Below, piece by piece: positions 25,068 through 37,500 of a stretch of 64,000 nucleotides of DNA. The stretch is from Scyliorhinus canicula (lineage: Eukaryota), in the NCBI RefSeq assembly GCF_902713615.1, contig NC_052146.1, positions 309,582,335-309,646,334 of the forward strand. Direction: 5' to 3'. Below the pieces are notes generated by a model, which ran no database searches, was not told the origin of the DNA, and saw nothing but the letters and a program-made list of their open reading frames with translations. Both the position numbers and the translations under genes were made by a program. Every line of letters starts with the position of its first letter. Within the stretch, counting starts at the first letter, position 1.

Positions 25068-26780
25068 ATCATTTCAAATGTGTCAGAACTGTGGATGTGA
25101 CGGATTAGATTGGAGACCTTTGCAAACTACCCCATACAGGTGAAGAAATTCAACACATTGTGAGACATAGGGTTCGGGGACTTTTGTTTTTAATGAACCC
25201 ATTTGTCAAAACCTTCACAGGTTATGTTTCCTGAAACCAAAAAGTCTCGTTACTGTAATCTCCAAACTGAATCAGGCGTTGCAGCAATCTGGGTGGGAGC
25301 AACATGTGGATGGAGTCCAGGTTCTATCAGAGTGCTTCTCAGCAAAGTTGTGAAGACTGGTTTTATGAAGTGAAATGATTGGAAATAAACACCCACATAG
25401 CAACCAATAAAATGTGGAGTTAGAAACACAGGATTGGGAAATGGGACTGCTGTTTGCCTGGCTGAAACATCCATTATTCCCAGAACTCCAGAGGGACGCC
25501 CACTCCTCTGCTTCTGTCCTCTTACGCCGCCAAATGTTAATAACTCCACCACTGGGGACTTTGCCTCAATGGATGAGGTTGAAGTCTACAATTCCCTCCC
25601 TACACCTCTCTACATCTTGACCTATCTCTCTGTTTTAAGATGCTGTGTAAAACCTACGCTTGTTGACCAAGGTCATGGTCACCGGGAGAATATCTCCTTA
25701 TGTGGTGCAGTGTCAGATATTTTCTGATCAAACTCTTACTGAAGCTCTTTGTGTTGTTCACCATGTCAAAGGCGCTATATAAATGAAAGTCATTGTTTTA
25801 ATTGTTTGACAGATATCACAGCAGCCTTCAGTCCTGCTTCTCCAAAGTACAGCTCCCTCCCTCCTCTCAACCCACTGAACTGCACACATTCCAATTCTCC
25901 ACAGAAACACAATAAAATCATTGTGAAAATAACTGGGAAAAGTGGGGCCAGAGAGATGTCTCTTTGTGGATACAGAAATGGCAGAAAATGGATTTTTTGC
26001 AGCAAGATTGAATTTTCTGTGCCTGCGTGACCTCACAATATTGCTGGTGGACAATTTCACAGGTTAAGAGTGTCTTGGGTCCCGACCCCAGCCACACACA
26101 TCCGTTGATGTCAAATAAGGCCCAGAGGAAATTTTTATTTCCTGTCTCCCAGTGTTTTTGAAACGTTGGTCGGTGTTTGATAGAATTCTAAAACCCAGCA
26201 AGTGAGACAGCTTGTGAACCTGGAGGGAAACCTGGTGAGGAGCCAGGGACATTCTGACAGGTAAGTATCAAATAGTTTGAATGTTTCAGGTGTTCTTGTT
26301 CAGTGCTGTATTACAGGGTAGATGTGTTTTTACTCAAGTGATTGAACATAGGAGTCTGATCTGCAAAGAGAAGTTCACTATTACATTGAACAACATATTA
26401 TTAGTATTGCGATGCTTTAGAGTACTTTGATCATTTGGAAAAATGCTAGGCTGCATTAAAATCTGAAGAAAATGCTGTTTGTGATCTCAGGTGTCATGAT
26501 ATGAAGTTATTTAAATGTCCAGAGCTCTTTTGAATTGAAAAAAAAAACTTTCAAGTTTCCTTTGGATTGTCCTATTTTTTCTAAATATCCATTTTAAAGA
26601 TGTGGTTCCTGAGGAAGCCCCTTATGGATACTGGAGTGTGGCTCTGGTGGCTACATATGAGAATATAGGTAGAGATATGGGGATATAAATGACATGGACG
26701 GGGCAGGTAGGGTGTGGAAGATGACGAGGGGGGCGATGGGGTCAGGATAAGATGGTATAAAATCATTCTTGGAGAGCTGG

Positions 26781-27366
26781 CCTGAGATCCCAGTGAACTG
26801 ACACTGGCTTTCTAACCAGCCTGAGATCCCAGTGAACTGACACTGGCTTTCTAACCAGCCTGAGATCCCAGTGAACTGACACTGGCTTTCTAACCAGCCT
26901 GAGATCCCAGTGAACTGACACTGGCTTTCTAACCAGCCTGAGATCCCAGTGAACTGACACTGGCTTTCTAACCAGCCTGAGATCCCAGTGAACTGACACT
27001 GGCTTTCTAACCAGCCTGAGATCCCAGTGAACTGACACTGGCTTTCTAACCAGCCTGAGATCCCAGTGAACTGACACTGGCTTTCTAACCAGCCTGAGAT
27101 CCCAGTGAACTGACACTGGCTTTCTAACCAGCCTGAGATCCCAGTGAACTGACACTGGCTTTCTAACCAGCCTGAGATCCCAGTGAACTGACACTGGCTT
27201 TCTAACCAGCCTGAGATCCCAGTGAACTGACACTGGCTTTCTAACCAGCCTGAGATCCCAGTGAACTGACACTGGCTTTCTAACCAGCCTGAGATCCCAG
27301 TGAACTGACACTGGCTTTCTAACCAGCCTGAGATCCCAGTGAACTGACACTGGCTTTCTAACCAGC
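26781..27366. repeat. 39-bp VNTR, about 15 near-perfect copies (also 1-131)
   Basis: Unit GCCTGAGATCCCAGTGAACTGACACTGGCTTTCTAACCA. Confidence 0.96.
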
Positions 27367-27608
27367 TGGCATCAGCAGCTGCCCTGGGTCTCAGCAAACC
27401 TGGACCTCACCAACAGCACCTCCACAAGGTGAAATTCTGCTTCTCTGGGCAGAGGTGAGGGGCTCAGGTATCCAAAGGCAGGAATTGGCCTGGATCACGT
27501 TGCCCATCCCAACACGGAAACCCAGTCGATGGTGTCAGAAAACTCAAACCCACCCTCAGATCCTTCACATGAAAGAAAGTAACATCCTCAAAAGTCAACT
27601 GAACTCAC

Positions 27609-27673
27609 CTGAGTGGGTCCAACATTCTCATAAACTGCAGCCGTGTTCTGACCATCAGCTGCTCCCGGGGCTG
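27609..27673 (-). CDS. Cytoplasmic exon 1 (copy B), AVYENV motif
   Basis: 65 nt, acceptor tttatttcccag| (NAGNAG), donor CAG|GTGAGT, phase 1 to 0; reads PAPGAADGQNTAAVYENVGPTQ. Too short for the ORF track. Confidence 0.75.
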
Positions 27674-28045
27674 CTGGGAAATAAATTATAAAATCGCACC
27701 GACATCAGCCACAATATTCATCACATTTATCAGCTGGCAACAACATTTCTGTCCTTACCAATTTCTCTCCTTTTATAATGGGGTGAGGGACTCACTGACA
27801 TAGTGATGAGTCATTGCTGAGGCCCAGCTTATTCTCTGGTGATAAGGTTTCAAATTGCACCATGACTTCTGGTGGGACTTAAATTGAAGTTTTCAATTAA
27901 AACATACTTTGGAATGTAAAGCTAGTCTCCTCAATGGCAGCCTTGAAACCACCTGTGACTGTTGTAAAATCCATCTGATTCTCTGATGTCCTTTAGGGAA
28001 GGAAGTCTGCCGTCCTTACCTGGTCTGGCCGACATCTGACTGCAG

Positions 28046-28912
28046 TGTGGTGAATGTAGGAATTTCAGACATGTTATATTGTGGGTTTTTGGTGAAATAA
28101 GGGTTCAAATCCGAAGTTAGTGTGTGTGACTGCTGCAGTCATGTTTTTTTAAAATCCTGGTTTTGGAGCAATGGGTGCAATTAAAGCATTGTAAAAAGCT
28201 TGGGCTAATGGAGTTTTGTTTGGATTAGGGGGATTCCCTGTGGAGTTAATTAGATTTTATACTGGTAAAATAATGTCATTTCTGGGAGGAGCCAAGATAT
28301 CACGCATTTTGCAGAACAGCAGAGTTTAGTTGAGTTTTGGATGGAGATGTGAGCAGGTGCCAAGCATCTCAGTTCAGTTTAAAGATTTATGTCTGTGGCT
28401 AGATGAGCAGTTTCTTTCCAAGCAGTTCAGAAGAGTGTAATCAGAAGGTGAGCTGAAACAAGCTGAAATAGCTTCTGAAGAAATACAGCCAGACTTTCTG
28501 CATGGTTCTGACAGGGTTCAGATCTTTTCTGCAAAGGATCTCTCTTCTTCAAATAACGTCTCTGTAAAGCAGGTATTCCCGAGGGCTAACTGTATTTAAC
28601 AGTGGATTGAGAGCTGAGATGGGATTTTTAATTGTTTGAGTGGGAACAAAGTTAGCAGTTGAGGATTACTGTAGTCACTCTATTGATTAGCATTGTTTAA
28701 GGGGTGATTGAAAGCTATTTCCTGGTGTGATGTAAAAGTTAATTTAGTACTGTTAGTAATAAAGTTTGTTTAATATACCATATCCCTATTTTTCCCCAAA
28801 TCACCCCTGGTGTGAGGTGTCATTTCCTCACAATTTTACCAAATTAAGATAAAATATTGGTGTTTCTGTCCGTATCTCATCCACTGTTTTTGTCTGGTCC
28901 GGGATTGTAACA
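28046..28912 (+). mobile_element. Solo LTR (867 bp), copy B
   Basis: Duplicate of 811-1677. Confidence 0.75.
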
Positions 28913-29071
28913 CCAGATCCTCAGCAATGGGGTTGACTGTTAAATGCTCGCAAGGGAAATTAGGGATTGGCAATGAATGCTGCTCTTGCCAACAATGCCC
29001 ACATCCCATAAACAAACAAACAAAACTATCCACAATAATCAAGAGAAACGGAATTATTCTGTCAAACTTAC

Positions 29072-29185
29072 GGGATTGTTTTTTCCGAAACAGTGTGAAT
29101 CCAGTGAGTAAACTAATTCCAGTAAATCCCGAAAGAGCTCCCAGAATGATCCAGACAAGCTCCATCTTCCCAGCGGCATCCATGT
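29072..29185 (-). CDS. Short stalk + transmembrane exon (copy B)
   Basis: 114-nt phase1-phase1 exon (tttcctttcacag| ... |gtaagt): MDAAGKME-LVWIILGALSGFTGISLLTGFTLF-RKKQS; 24-aa hydrophobic run followed by a basic stop-transfer. Confidence 0.88.
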
Positions 29186-32185
29186 CTGTGAAAGGAAATC
29201 ACATGTTTACGGTTAAAGGACGGGATTCGATTCTCGTCAGTCGGTGACATTTGAAATGGTAAAGTAGAGAAATGAAAGCAGGTGGAATTCAGACCGAGCA
29301 GATATTTGTATCTGCTGGGCACCTGGAATAACAATGTGAGTTCAAAAACAGATCAATTTGATTTATTGATAATGTGGCAGGCCAATCTTATATCACACAC
29401 TGACCATTCTGGCCATTCTGGCTGTCTTGGCAACAGTGCAGCAAAGTTCCACAGATAGAAAGAAAACCACCAACAGTTACCCAGTGGGTTCTGTTCTGTA
29501 TCCTCCTCCGTCCACACCAACATTACACTGTAGGGGAATGACTTTTGGATAGGTGGTGTGCATTGTGTGACCGACATCACTAATGTGACCAGGCGATCCG
29601 TGTAAACAAGATGAAGTTTGTTTCTAAACACGGAGGAGTTGAAATGAGGAAACGCAGAGCAATGGGGACTGAGATGAAGATAAAGTTCTCTATATTGGAA
29701 GAGGAAATGTCAATGACACATCAGTTAGGAAGATGGAGTTTGTCTAAAAGATTGTGATTGCAAAATTAACAAGGAAGAATGTAGAGATTTTAGATTAATG
29801 GAACACCCTCCAAAGAGAATTAACCCATTCAAAAAAGTGACTGAAATGTGAGTGGGATTGGGACGAAAGTTCAGAGTAATTGCGTTGATTCAGGTCATTG
29901 CCAATGTTGGGTGCGATAGGCAGCGTGCCAGGCTGAAAGGGAGCTGATGTGATAGGTTTTGTGGTTAGTTTCATTTCCTCGAGTTACTGACTGGGGTGAA
30001 CTCTCCTCCTCTTCCTTAAGCTACTGTCATGGGGCCTCCTGCATCTCCCAGAGAGAGCGGACAGGGACTTGGTTTAAAGTCTCGTCTGAACATCCTCTGA
30101 TAGAATTGTTCCGAATTATCAATCATTTTGGTGAAGCAAATTGAGACAAACTATTCTGAATTGTGATATTCATTCTTCAACACAACAAAGAAAAGATTAT
30201 CGGGCCTTTATCACATTATTATTTAGGGAGCTTGCTGTGCACAAATTGGTCAATACATTTGCTACATTTAAATAAGCCCCAAGCTTTACAAAGGGTTTAA
30301 TTGGTTGTAAAGCACATTGGGACAACTGGTCAGTTGTGCGGGTTAGGTGGATTGGCCATGATAAATTGCCCTAAGTGTTCAAAACACACACTTAGTGTTG
30401 GGTGGGGTTACTGGGTTATGGGGATGGGGTGGAGGTGTTGACCTCGGTTAGGGTGCTCTTTCCAAGAGCCAGTGCAGACTCGATGGGCTGAATGGCCTCC
30501 TACTGCACTGTAAATTCTATGAAAAGGGGGAGCGGTGGGAGTGTGGGCTGGGGGGGGGGGGGGCGTGAGATACCTTACTGGTTGGGGGGAGGGGGAGTGT
30601 AAAATTCTTGCTTATAAAAATGTGGATCTTTCTTTGTAATTTCATTCCAATGGAAAGAGCCCGGTTCTCTGGTATCATGCTTTACCAAAAGTCTCAGCAG
30701 TAAGCAGACCGGTGGCGATTTTGGAGTTTTTAAATTTAATCCTCAAAGATTTATTGAGAAGAAAAGAAAATTTAAACATACACAATTACAATTACATAGT
30801 TAAAATTGATTTCACAATATGTTGCCCCAAAAGACTCCCTAATTGATCACACTCATAAATAAAATTCTTCCAGGCAACACTCCATAATATATGTTTAAAC
30901 ATCAATGCAGTTAATATTAACCAAGGCATAACTGCTGTAACTTTACTAAAAGTACCCCACATGATCTCTCAAACCACGTTTCACTCAAATGTGGAAATCC
31001 AAGAACTTCAGACACTGCTTTTCACAGTCCAATACATTTCCAGACTGACTGGATGGTTGATTCAAACATCACCTACTCCCAGCCCAGAGCTGTTTCCAAG
31101 GGATCTTCCCCCAACAGCCAATCCCCAACCAGTTCAACAGCTCTCCTCACATATCCCTTTCCCTTTCATCTTCAATTCCAGTCTTTTCAGCATTCCTTTG
31201 AACGTAACTTTTGCAAAATGTCAAAATCTTTCCTGTCTTTACCATTGCCCCAACACCAGCTTCAGTGAGCCAGTGCAGCCTCCTTGAGCCTGAGGAAGAG
31301 AATGTTTGAAGTTTTTGAAGAGAGTCTTTAAAGCCAGCACCAAGCCCATGGTCTACGCCGCAGCAGTGATACGCAGTGATAGGGGCTGGTTTAGCACAGG
31401 GCTAAATAGCTGGCTTGTAAAGCAGACACGCAGACAAGAAGCGTGGGTTCAATTCCCGTACCAGCCTCCCTGAACAGGCGCTGGAATGTGGCGACTAGGG
31501 GCTTTTCACAGCCCATTTGAAGCCTATTTGTGACAAAAAGCAATTTTCATTTCATTTCATTTTCTCATTTCATACCCACCCTCCTGTGTGACTCAGAGAT
31601 GTGGACTATATACGGCAGGCACATCATTTTATGATCACGTCACAGATGGTCAAATTTGAGTGCTGGATGCAGGAAATAGGAAATTTGGATGTTGAATCCT
31701 CAGTTTAATAAATAGTTTCTTGGTTTCAGGTTGAATCCTGACTGGTGGAGGTGGAGGAAAACAGGAAGGGGCGTTTGTTCCCAGTAACCGGAAATGTGGG
31801 ACACAGTGACCTCATATATCATTGAATTATCTGATGGGGGGGGGGGTCAATCTGTGAGTTGCTCCCCCCACCGTGAGAAAATTCTGGCCGATTAAGTTGA
31901 TGAGTCACCGTGAACAATAGGCACTGTTCACTCTAACTCACTCTGTATGGACATTGTGGGCAATTCCCTTTGTCAGAGCAGAGCAGCAGGAGTAGGCCAT
32001 TCAGCCCCTCCAGCCCTCTGCATTATTCAACTGGGCCATGGCTGAGTGTTGACCTCAGCACCATTTTCCTTCACTATCCCCATAACCCTCAATATCATTG
32101 GCAGTTAGAAATCCATCGATCAGTATGTCCTGCACTAGATTATGTGCTCGAGTCTGTGAAGTTGGATAATGTAACTTGTCCTTAC

Positions 32186-32527
32186 TCATTACAGTGAGCT
32201 GGGTTCCACTCCAATCGATATCTCCCCTCACTTCACAATAGTAGACGGCAGTGTCACTGGGCTGAATGTTGCTGATTGTCAGAATGAAGCTGTTATTGGA
32301 CGTGTCTCGAGAAGGCTGGAAACGCTGGGAGAAGCCAGGACTCCATCGTGTGTTGTTCATTATCTCATGTGTTAAAATCCATTCGATGTAACCTGGTTGT
32401 TGTCGGTACCAATGAACATCAGTGTGTGTTACAGCGGCGTTCTGCAGGATGCACTGTAACCGTGCACTCTGACCCTGTCTGATAGGTTCTGTGACAGGAG
32501 ACTGGATAACCACTGGGGCAGCTGCAC
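32186..32527 (-). CDS. Ig V-set domain D3 (copy B), VJ type
   Basis: 342-nt phase1-phase1 exon (ctccaaag| ... |gtaagg). APVVIQSP..LQC..HWYRQQPG..DTAVYYCEVRGDIDWSGTQLTVM. Confidence 0.92.
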
Positions 32528-32814
32528 CTTTGGAGAAACAATATTCAGAACTTAAAAGAGTATCTGCATTTACAAAGTAGCTCTGGTAGTTAATCATAGA
32601 ATCGTTGGTGCCTCACGGCACCGAGGTCCCAGGTTCGATCCCAGCTTTGGGTCACTGTCTGTATGGAGTTTGCACATTCTCCCCATGTTTGCGTGGGTTT
32701 CACCCCCACAACCCAAAGATGTGCAGCGTAGGTGGATTGGCCATGTCAAATTGGCCCTTAATTGGAAAAAATGAATGGGGTACTCAAAATTGTTAAAAAA
32801 ACCACAGAATCACT

Positions 32815-33465
32815 GCATAGAACATAGAACATTGCAGTGCAGTACAGGCCCTTCGGCCCACGATGTTACGCCGTCCTGTGAAACCCTTCTAAAGTCCCTC
32901 TACACTATTCCCTTATCGTCCATATGCCTATCCAATGACCATTTGAATGTGTTTAGTGTTGGCGAGTCCACTACTGTTGCAGGCAGGGCATTCCACGCCC
33001 TTACTACTCTCTGAGTAAAGAATCTACCTCTGACATCTGTCCTATATCTATCTCCCCTCAATTTAAAGCTATGTCCCCTCGTGCTGGACATCACCATCCG
33101 AGGAAAAAGGCTCTCGATGTCCACCCTATCTAATCCTCTGATCATCTTGTATGCCTCAATTAAGTCACCTCTTAACCTTCTTCTCTCTAACGAAAACAGC
33201 CTCAAGTCCCTCAGCCTTTCCTCATATGATCTTCCCTCCATACCAGGCAACATTCTTGTAAATCTGCTCTGTACCCTTTCCAAAGCTTCCACGTCCTTCC
33301 TATAATGTGGCGACCAGAACTGCACACAATACTCCAAATGCGGCCGCACCAGAGTTTTCTACAACTGCAACATGACCTCATGGCTCCGAAACTCAATCCC
33401 TCTACCAATAAAAACTAACACACTGTACGCCTTCTTAACAACCCTCTCAACCTGGGTGGCAACTT
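32815..33465 (-). mobile_element. CR1 3' fragment, uninterrupted (copy B)
   Basis: Same sequence as 5991-6573 plus 11565-11630, without the LTR element. Confidence 0.9.
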
Positions 33466-34113
33466 TCATTCAGCCCATCCAGTGTGCACCGACCCTCTGA
33501 AAGAGCACCCTTCCTAGGACACTTCGCTACCGTCAAACAAAATCCTTAAATTGGCAGCAATACCCATTTGAAGGCCGCATTCCACCACCAGTATCAGGAG
33601 GGGGACTCTGCATGTGGATAAAAACTAACCCACTTTGTGTTTCTAATGGTGTCCTGGGGGAGTTCCTCATTGTCAAGTAGTGGTTGCCATGACATCAGGA
33701 AGAGGGTGGGGTGCCTGTGAAGAGCTACCACCATGTCCAGGTTGCTAACCCCTCTTCCCACAATCTCAACCTATGACCCCAAACCCCCCCACAATCACCT
33801 TTGACGTGAGTCCCTCAGCCTGAGTTTGTTGTGGGCCCTGGTTTGACTGGTGTTTGCAATGTGCAGCTGCCTGTCTCAGCCACCATGGTCATGTGGAAGG
33901 CCCATTGCTGACTATGTATGTGCCTGATCCTTCACAAAGGAAGCAACACGAGCCTCTCCCTGGATCTCAGGCCAGCGAGTGAGAGACACCATCACCTGTA
34001 TCAAGGAGCCTGCTTTGTGTCCCAAAAAGTGTTAAAATTTCTCAGACTTCTCAGAACGACAAGATAGAACACGTGGTGTGAAGTTTAATGAGAATCATGG
34101 AAACTGTACTTAC

Positions 34114-34458
34114 TGGTTACATTCAGCTGTGATCCATTCCCACTGATATCTCCCCACACGGAGCAGTAATAGACGGCAGTGTCACTGGGCTGCACGTTGC
34201 TGATTGTCAGGATGAAGGTTTTATTGGCCGTGTCTCGGGAAGGATGGAAACGCTCAGTGAAACCTGGACTCCGTTGTGTGTTGTTCTTTATATCATGTGT
34301 TAAAACCCTCTCCATATCTTTCCCTGGCAGCTCCCGGTCCCAGTGAACATCGGTGTGTGTCACTGCGGCGTTCCGCATGGTGCACTGTAACCGTGCAGTC
34401 TGACCCTCTGTGACACGTTCCAGACTCGGGGACTGGATAAGGACTGGAGCATTCGCAC
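34114..34458 (-). CDS. Ig V-set domain D2 (copy B), VJ type
   Basis: 345-nt phase1-phase1 exon (cttaaag| ... |gtaagt). APVLIQSP..LQC..VHW..DTAVYYCSVWGDISGNGSQLNVT. Confidence 0.92.
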
Positions 34459-34511
34459 CTTTAAGAGAAAAATATCAACAAGTTATTAACAGGTGCTAAG
34501 GTTACAGTCTG

Positions 34512-37500
34512 GGCTGATTCTCCGTTTCCCCAGCCGCGTGTTTCTCGGTGGCGCGCTGTTCCCAGCCGTGTGTTTCTCGGTGGGCGCGCTGTTCCCAGCC
34601 GCGTGTTTCTTGGTGGCGCTGTTCCCAGCCGCGTGTTTCTTGGTGGCGCTGTTCCCAGCCGTGTGTTTCTCGGTGGGCGCGCTGTTCCCAGCCGCGTGTT
34701 TCTCGGTGGGCGCGCTGTTCCCAGCCGCGTGTTTCTTGGTGGCGCTGTTCCCAGCCGTGTGTTTCTCGGTGGGCGCGCTGTTCCCAGCCGCGTGTTTCTT
34801 GGTGGCGCTGTTCCCAGCCGCGTGTTTCTCGGTGGCGCTGTTCACAGCCGCGTGTTTCTCGGTGGGCGCGCTGTTCCCAGCCGCGTGTTTCTCGGTGGCG
34901 CTGTTCCCAGCCGTGTGTTTCTCGGTGGGCGCGCTGTTCCCAGCCGCGTGTTTCTCGGTGGGCGCGCTGTTCCCAGCCGCGTGTTTCTCGGTGGGCGCGC
35001 TGTTCCCAGCCACGTGTTTCTCGGTGGCGCTGTTCCCAGCCGCGTGTTTCTCGGTGGGCGCGCTGTTCCCAGCTGTGTGTTTCCCGGTGGGCGCGCTGTT
35101 CCCAGCCACGTGTTTCTCGGTGGGCGTGCTGTTCCCAGCCGTGTGTTTCTCGGTGGGTGCGCTGTTCCCAGCCGTGTGTTTCTCGGTGGCGCTGTTCCCA
35201 GCCACGTGTTTCTCGGTGGCGCTGTTCCCAGCCGCGTGTTTCTCGGTGGGCGCGCTGTTCCCAGCCGTGTGTTTCTCGGTGGGCGCGCTGTTCCCAGCCG
35301 CGTGTTTCCCGGTGGGCGCGCTGTTCCCAGCCGTGTGTTTCCCGGTGGGCGCGCTGTTCCCAGCCGTGTGTTTCCCGGTGGGCGCGCTGTTCCCAGCCGC
35401 GTGTTTCTCGCTGACGCGCTGTTCCCAGCCGCGTGTTTCTCGCTGACGCGCTGTTCCCAGCCGTGTGTTTCTCGGTGGGCGCGCTGTTCCCAGCCGTGTG
35501 TTTCTCGGTGGGCGCGCTGTTCCCAGCCGTGTGTTTCTCGGTGGGCGCGCTGTTCCCAGCGTGTGTGTCTCGGTGGACGCGCTGTTCCCAGCCGCGTGTT
35601 TCTCGGTGGGCGCGCTGTTCCCAGCCGCGTGTTTCTCGGTGGCGCTGTTCCCAGCCGCGTGTTTCTCGCTGATGCGCTGTTCCCAGCCGCGTGTTTCTCG
35701 GTGGCCCTGTTCCCAGCCGTGTGTTTCTTGGTGGGCGCGCTGTTCCCAGCCGTGTGTTTCTCGGTGGGCGCGCTGTTCCCAGCCGTGTGTTTCTCGCTGA
35801 TGCGCTGTTCCCAGCCGCGTGTTTCTCGGTGGCCCTGTTCCCAGCCGTGTGTTTCTTGGTGGGCGCGCTGTTCCCAGCCGTGTGTTTCTCGGTGGGCGCG
35901 CTGTTCCCAGCCGTGTGTTTCTCGCTGACGCGCTGTTCCCAGCCGCGTGTTTCTCGGTGGGCGCGCTGTTCCCAGCCGCGTGTTTCTCGGTGGCGCTGTT
36001 CCCAGCCGTGTGTTTCTCGGTGGGCGCGCTGTTCCCAGCCGTGTGTTTCTCGGTGGCGCTGTTCCCAGCGTGTGTGTCTCGGTGGGCGCGCTGTTCCCAG
36101 CCGCGTGTTTCTCGGTGGCGCTGTTCCCAGCCGCGTGTTTCTTGGTGGGCGCGCTGTTCCCAGCCGCGTGTTTCTCGGTGGGCGCGCTGTTCCCAGCCGC
36201 GTGTTTCTTGGTGGGCGCGCTGTTCCCAGCCGCGTGTTTCTCGGTGGGCGCTGTTCCCAGCCGTGTGTTTCTCGGTGGGCGCGCTATTCCCAGCCGCGTG
36301 TTTCTTGGTGGCGCTGTTCCCAGCCGTGTGTTTCTCGGTGGCGCTGTTCCCAGCCGTGTGTTTCTCGGTGGCGCTGTTCCCAGCCGTGTGTTTCTCGGTG
36401 GCGCTGTTCCCAGCCGTGTGTTTCTCGGTGGCGCTGTTCCCAGCCGTGTGTTTCTCGGTGGGTGCGCTGTTCCCAGCCGCGTGTTTCACGGTGGGCGCGC
36501 TGTTCCCAGCCGTGTGTTTCTCGGTGGGCGCGCTGTTCCCAGCCGTGTGTTTCTCGCTGACGCGCTGTTCCCAGCTGTGTGTTTCTCGGTGGGTGCGCTG
36601 TTCCCAGCCGCGTGTTTCTCGGTGGGCGCGCTGTTCCCAGCCGTGTGTATCTCGGTGGGCGCGCTGTTCCCAGCCGTGTGTTTCTCGGTGGCGCTGTTCC
36701 CAGCCGTGTGTATCTCGGTGGGCGCGCTGTTCCCAGCCGCGTGTTTCTCGGTGGGCGCGCTGTTCCCAGCCGTGTGTTTCTCGGTGGGTGCGCTGTTCCC
36801 AGCCGCGTGTTTCTCGGTGGGCGCGCTGTTCCCAGCCGTGTGTTTCTCGGTGGGCGCGCTGTTCCCAGCCGTGTGTTTCTCGGTGGGTGCGCTGTTCCCA
36901 GCCGCGTGTTTCTCGGTGGGTGCGCTGTTCCCAGCCGTGTGTTTCTTGGTGGGCGCGCTGTTCCCAGCCGCGTGTTTCTCGGTGGGTGCGCTGTTCCCAG
37001 CCGTGTGTTTCTTGGTGGGCGCGCTGGTCCCAGCCGTGTGTTTCTCGGTGGGCGCGCTGTTCCCAGCCGCGTGTTTCTCGGTGGGTGCGCTGTTCCCAGC
37101 CGTGTGTTTCTTGGTGGGCGCGCTGGTCCCAGCCGTGTGTTTCTCGGTGGCGCTGTTCCCAGCCGTGTGTTTCTCGGTGGGCGCGCTGGTCCCAGCCGTG
37201 TGTTTCTCGGTGGCGCTGTTCCCAGCCGTGTGTTTCTCGGTGGGCGCGCTGGTCCCAGCCGTGTGTTTCTCGGTGGCGCTGTTCCCAGCCGTGTGTTTCT
37301 CGGTGGCGCTGTTCCCAGCCGTGTGTTTCTCGGTGGCGCTGTTCCCAGCCGTGTGTTTCTCGGTGGCGCGCTGTTCCCAGCGTGTGTGTCTCGGTGGGCG
37401 CGCTGTTCCCAGCCGCGTGTTTCTCGGTGGCGCGCTGTTCCCAGCCGTGTGTTTCTCGGTGGGCGCGCTGTTCCCAGCCGTGTGTTTCTCGGTGGGCGCG

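Noticed and set aside
26781-27366. CRISPR-like array
   Set aside because: Head-to-tail repeats with no unique spacers, no cas genes, vertebrate context. The same applies to the 35-bp and 41-bp arrays.
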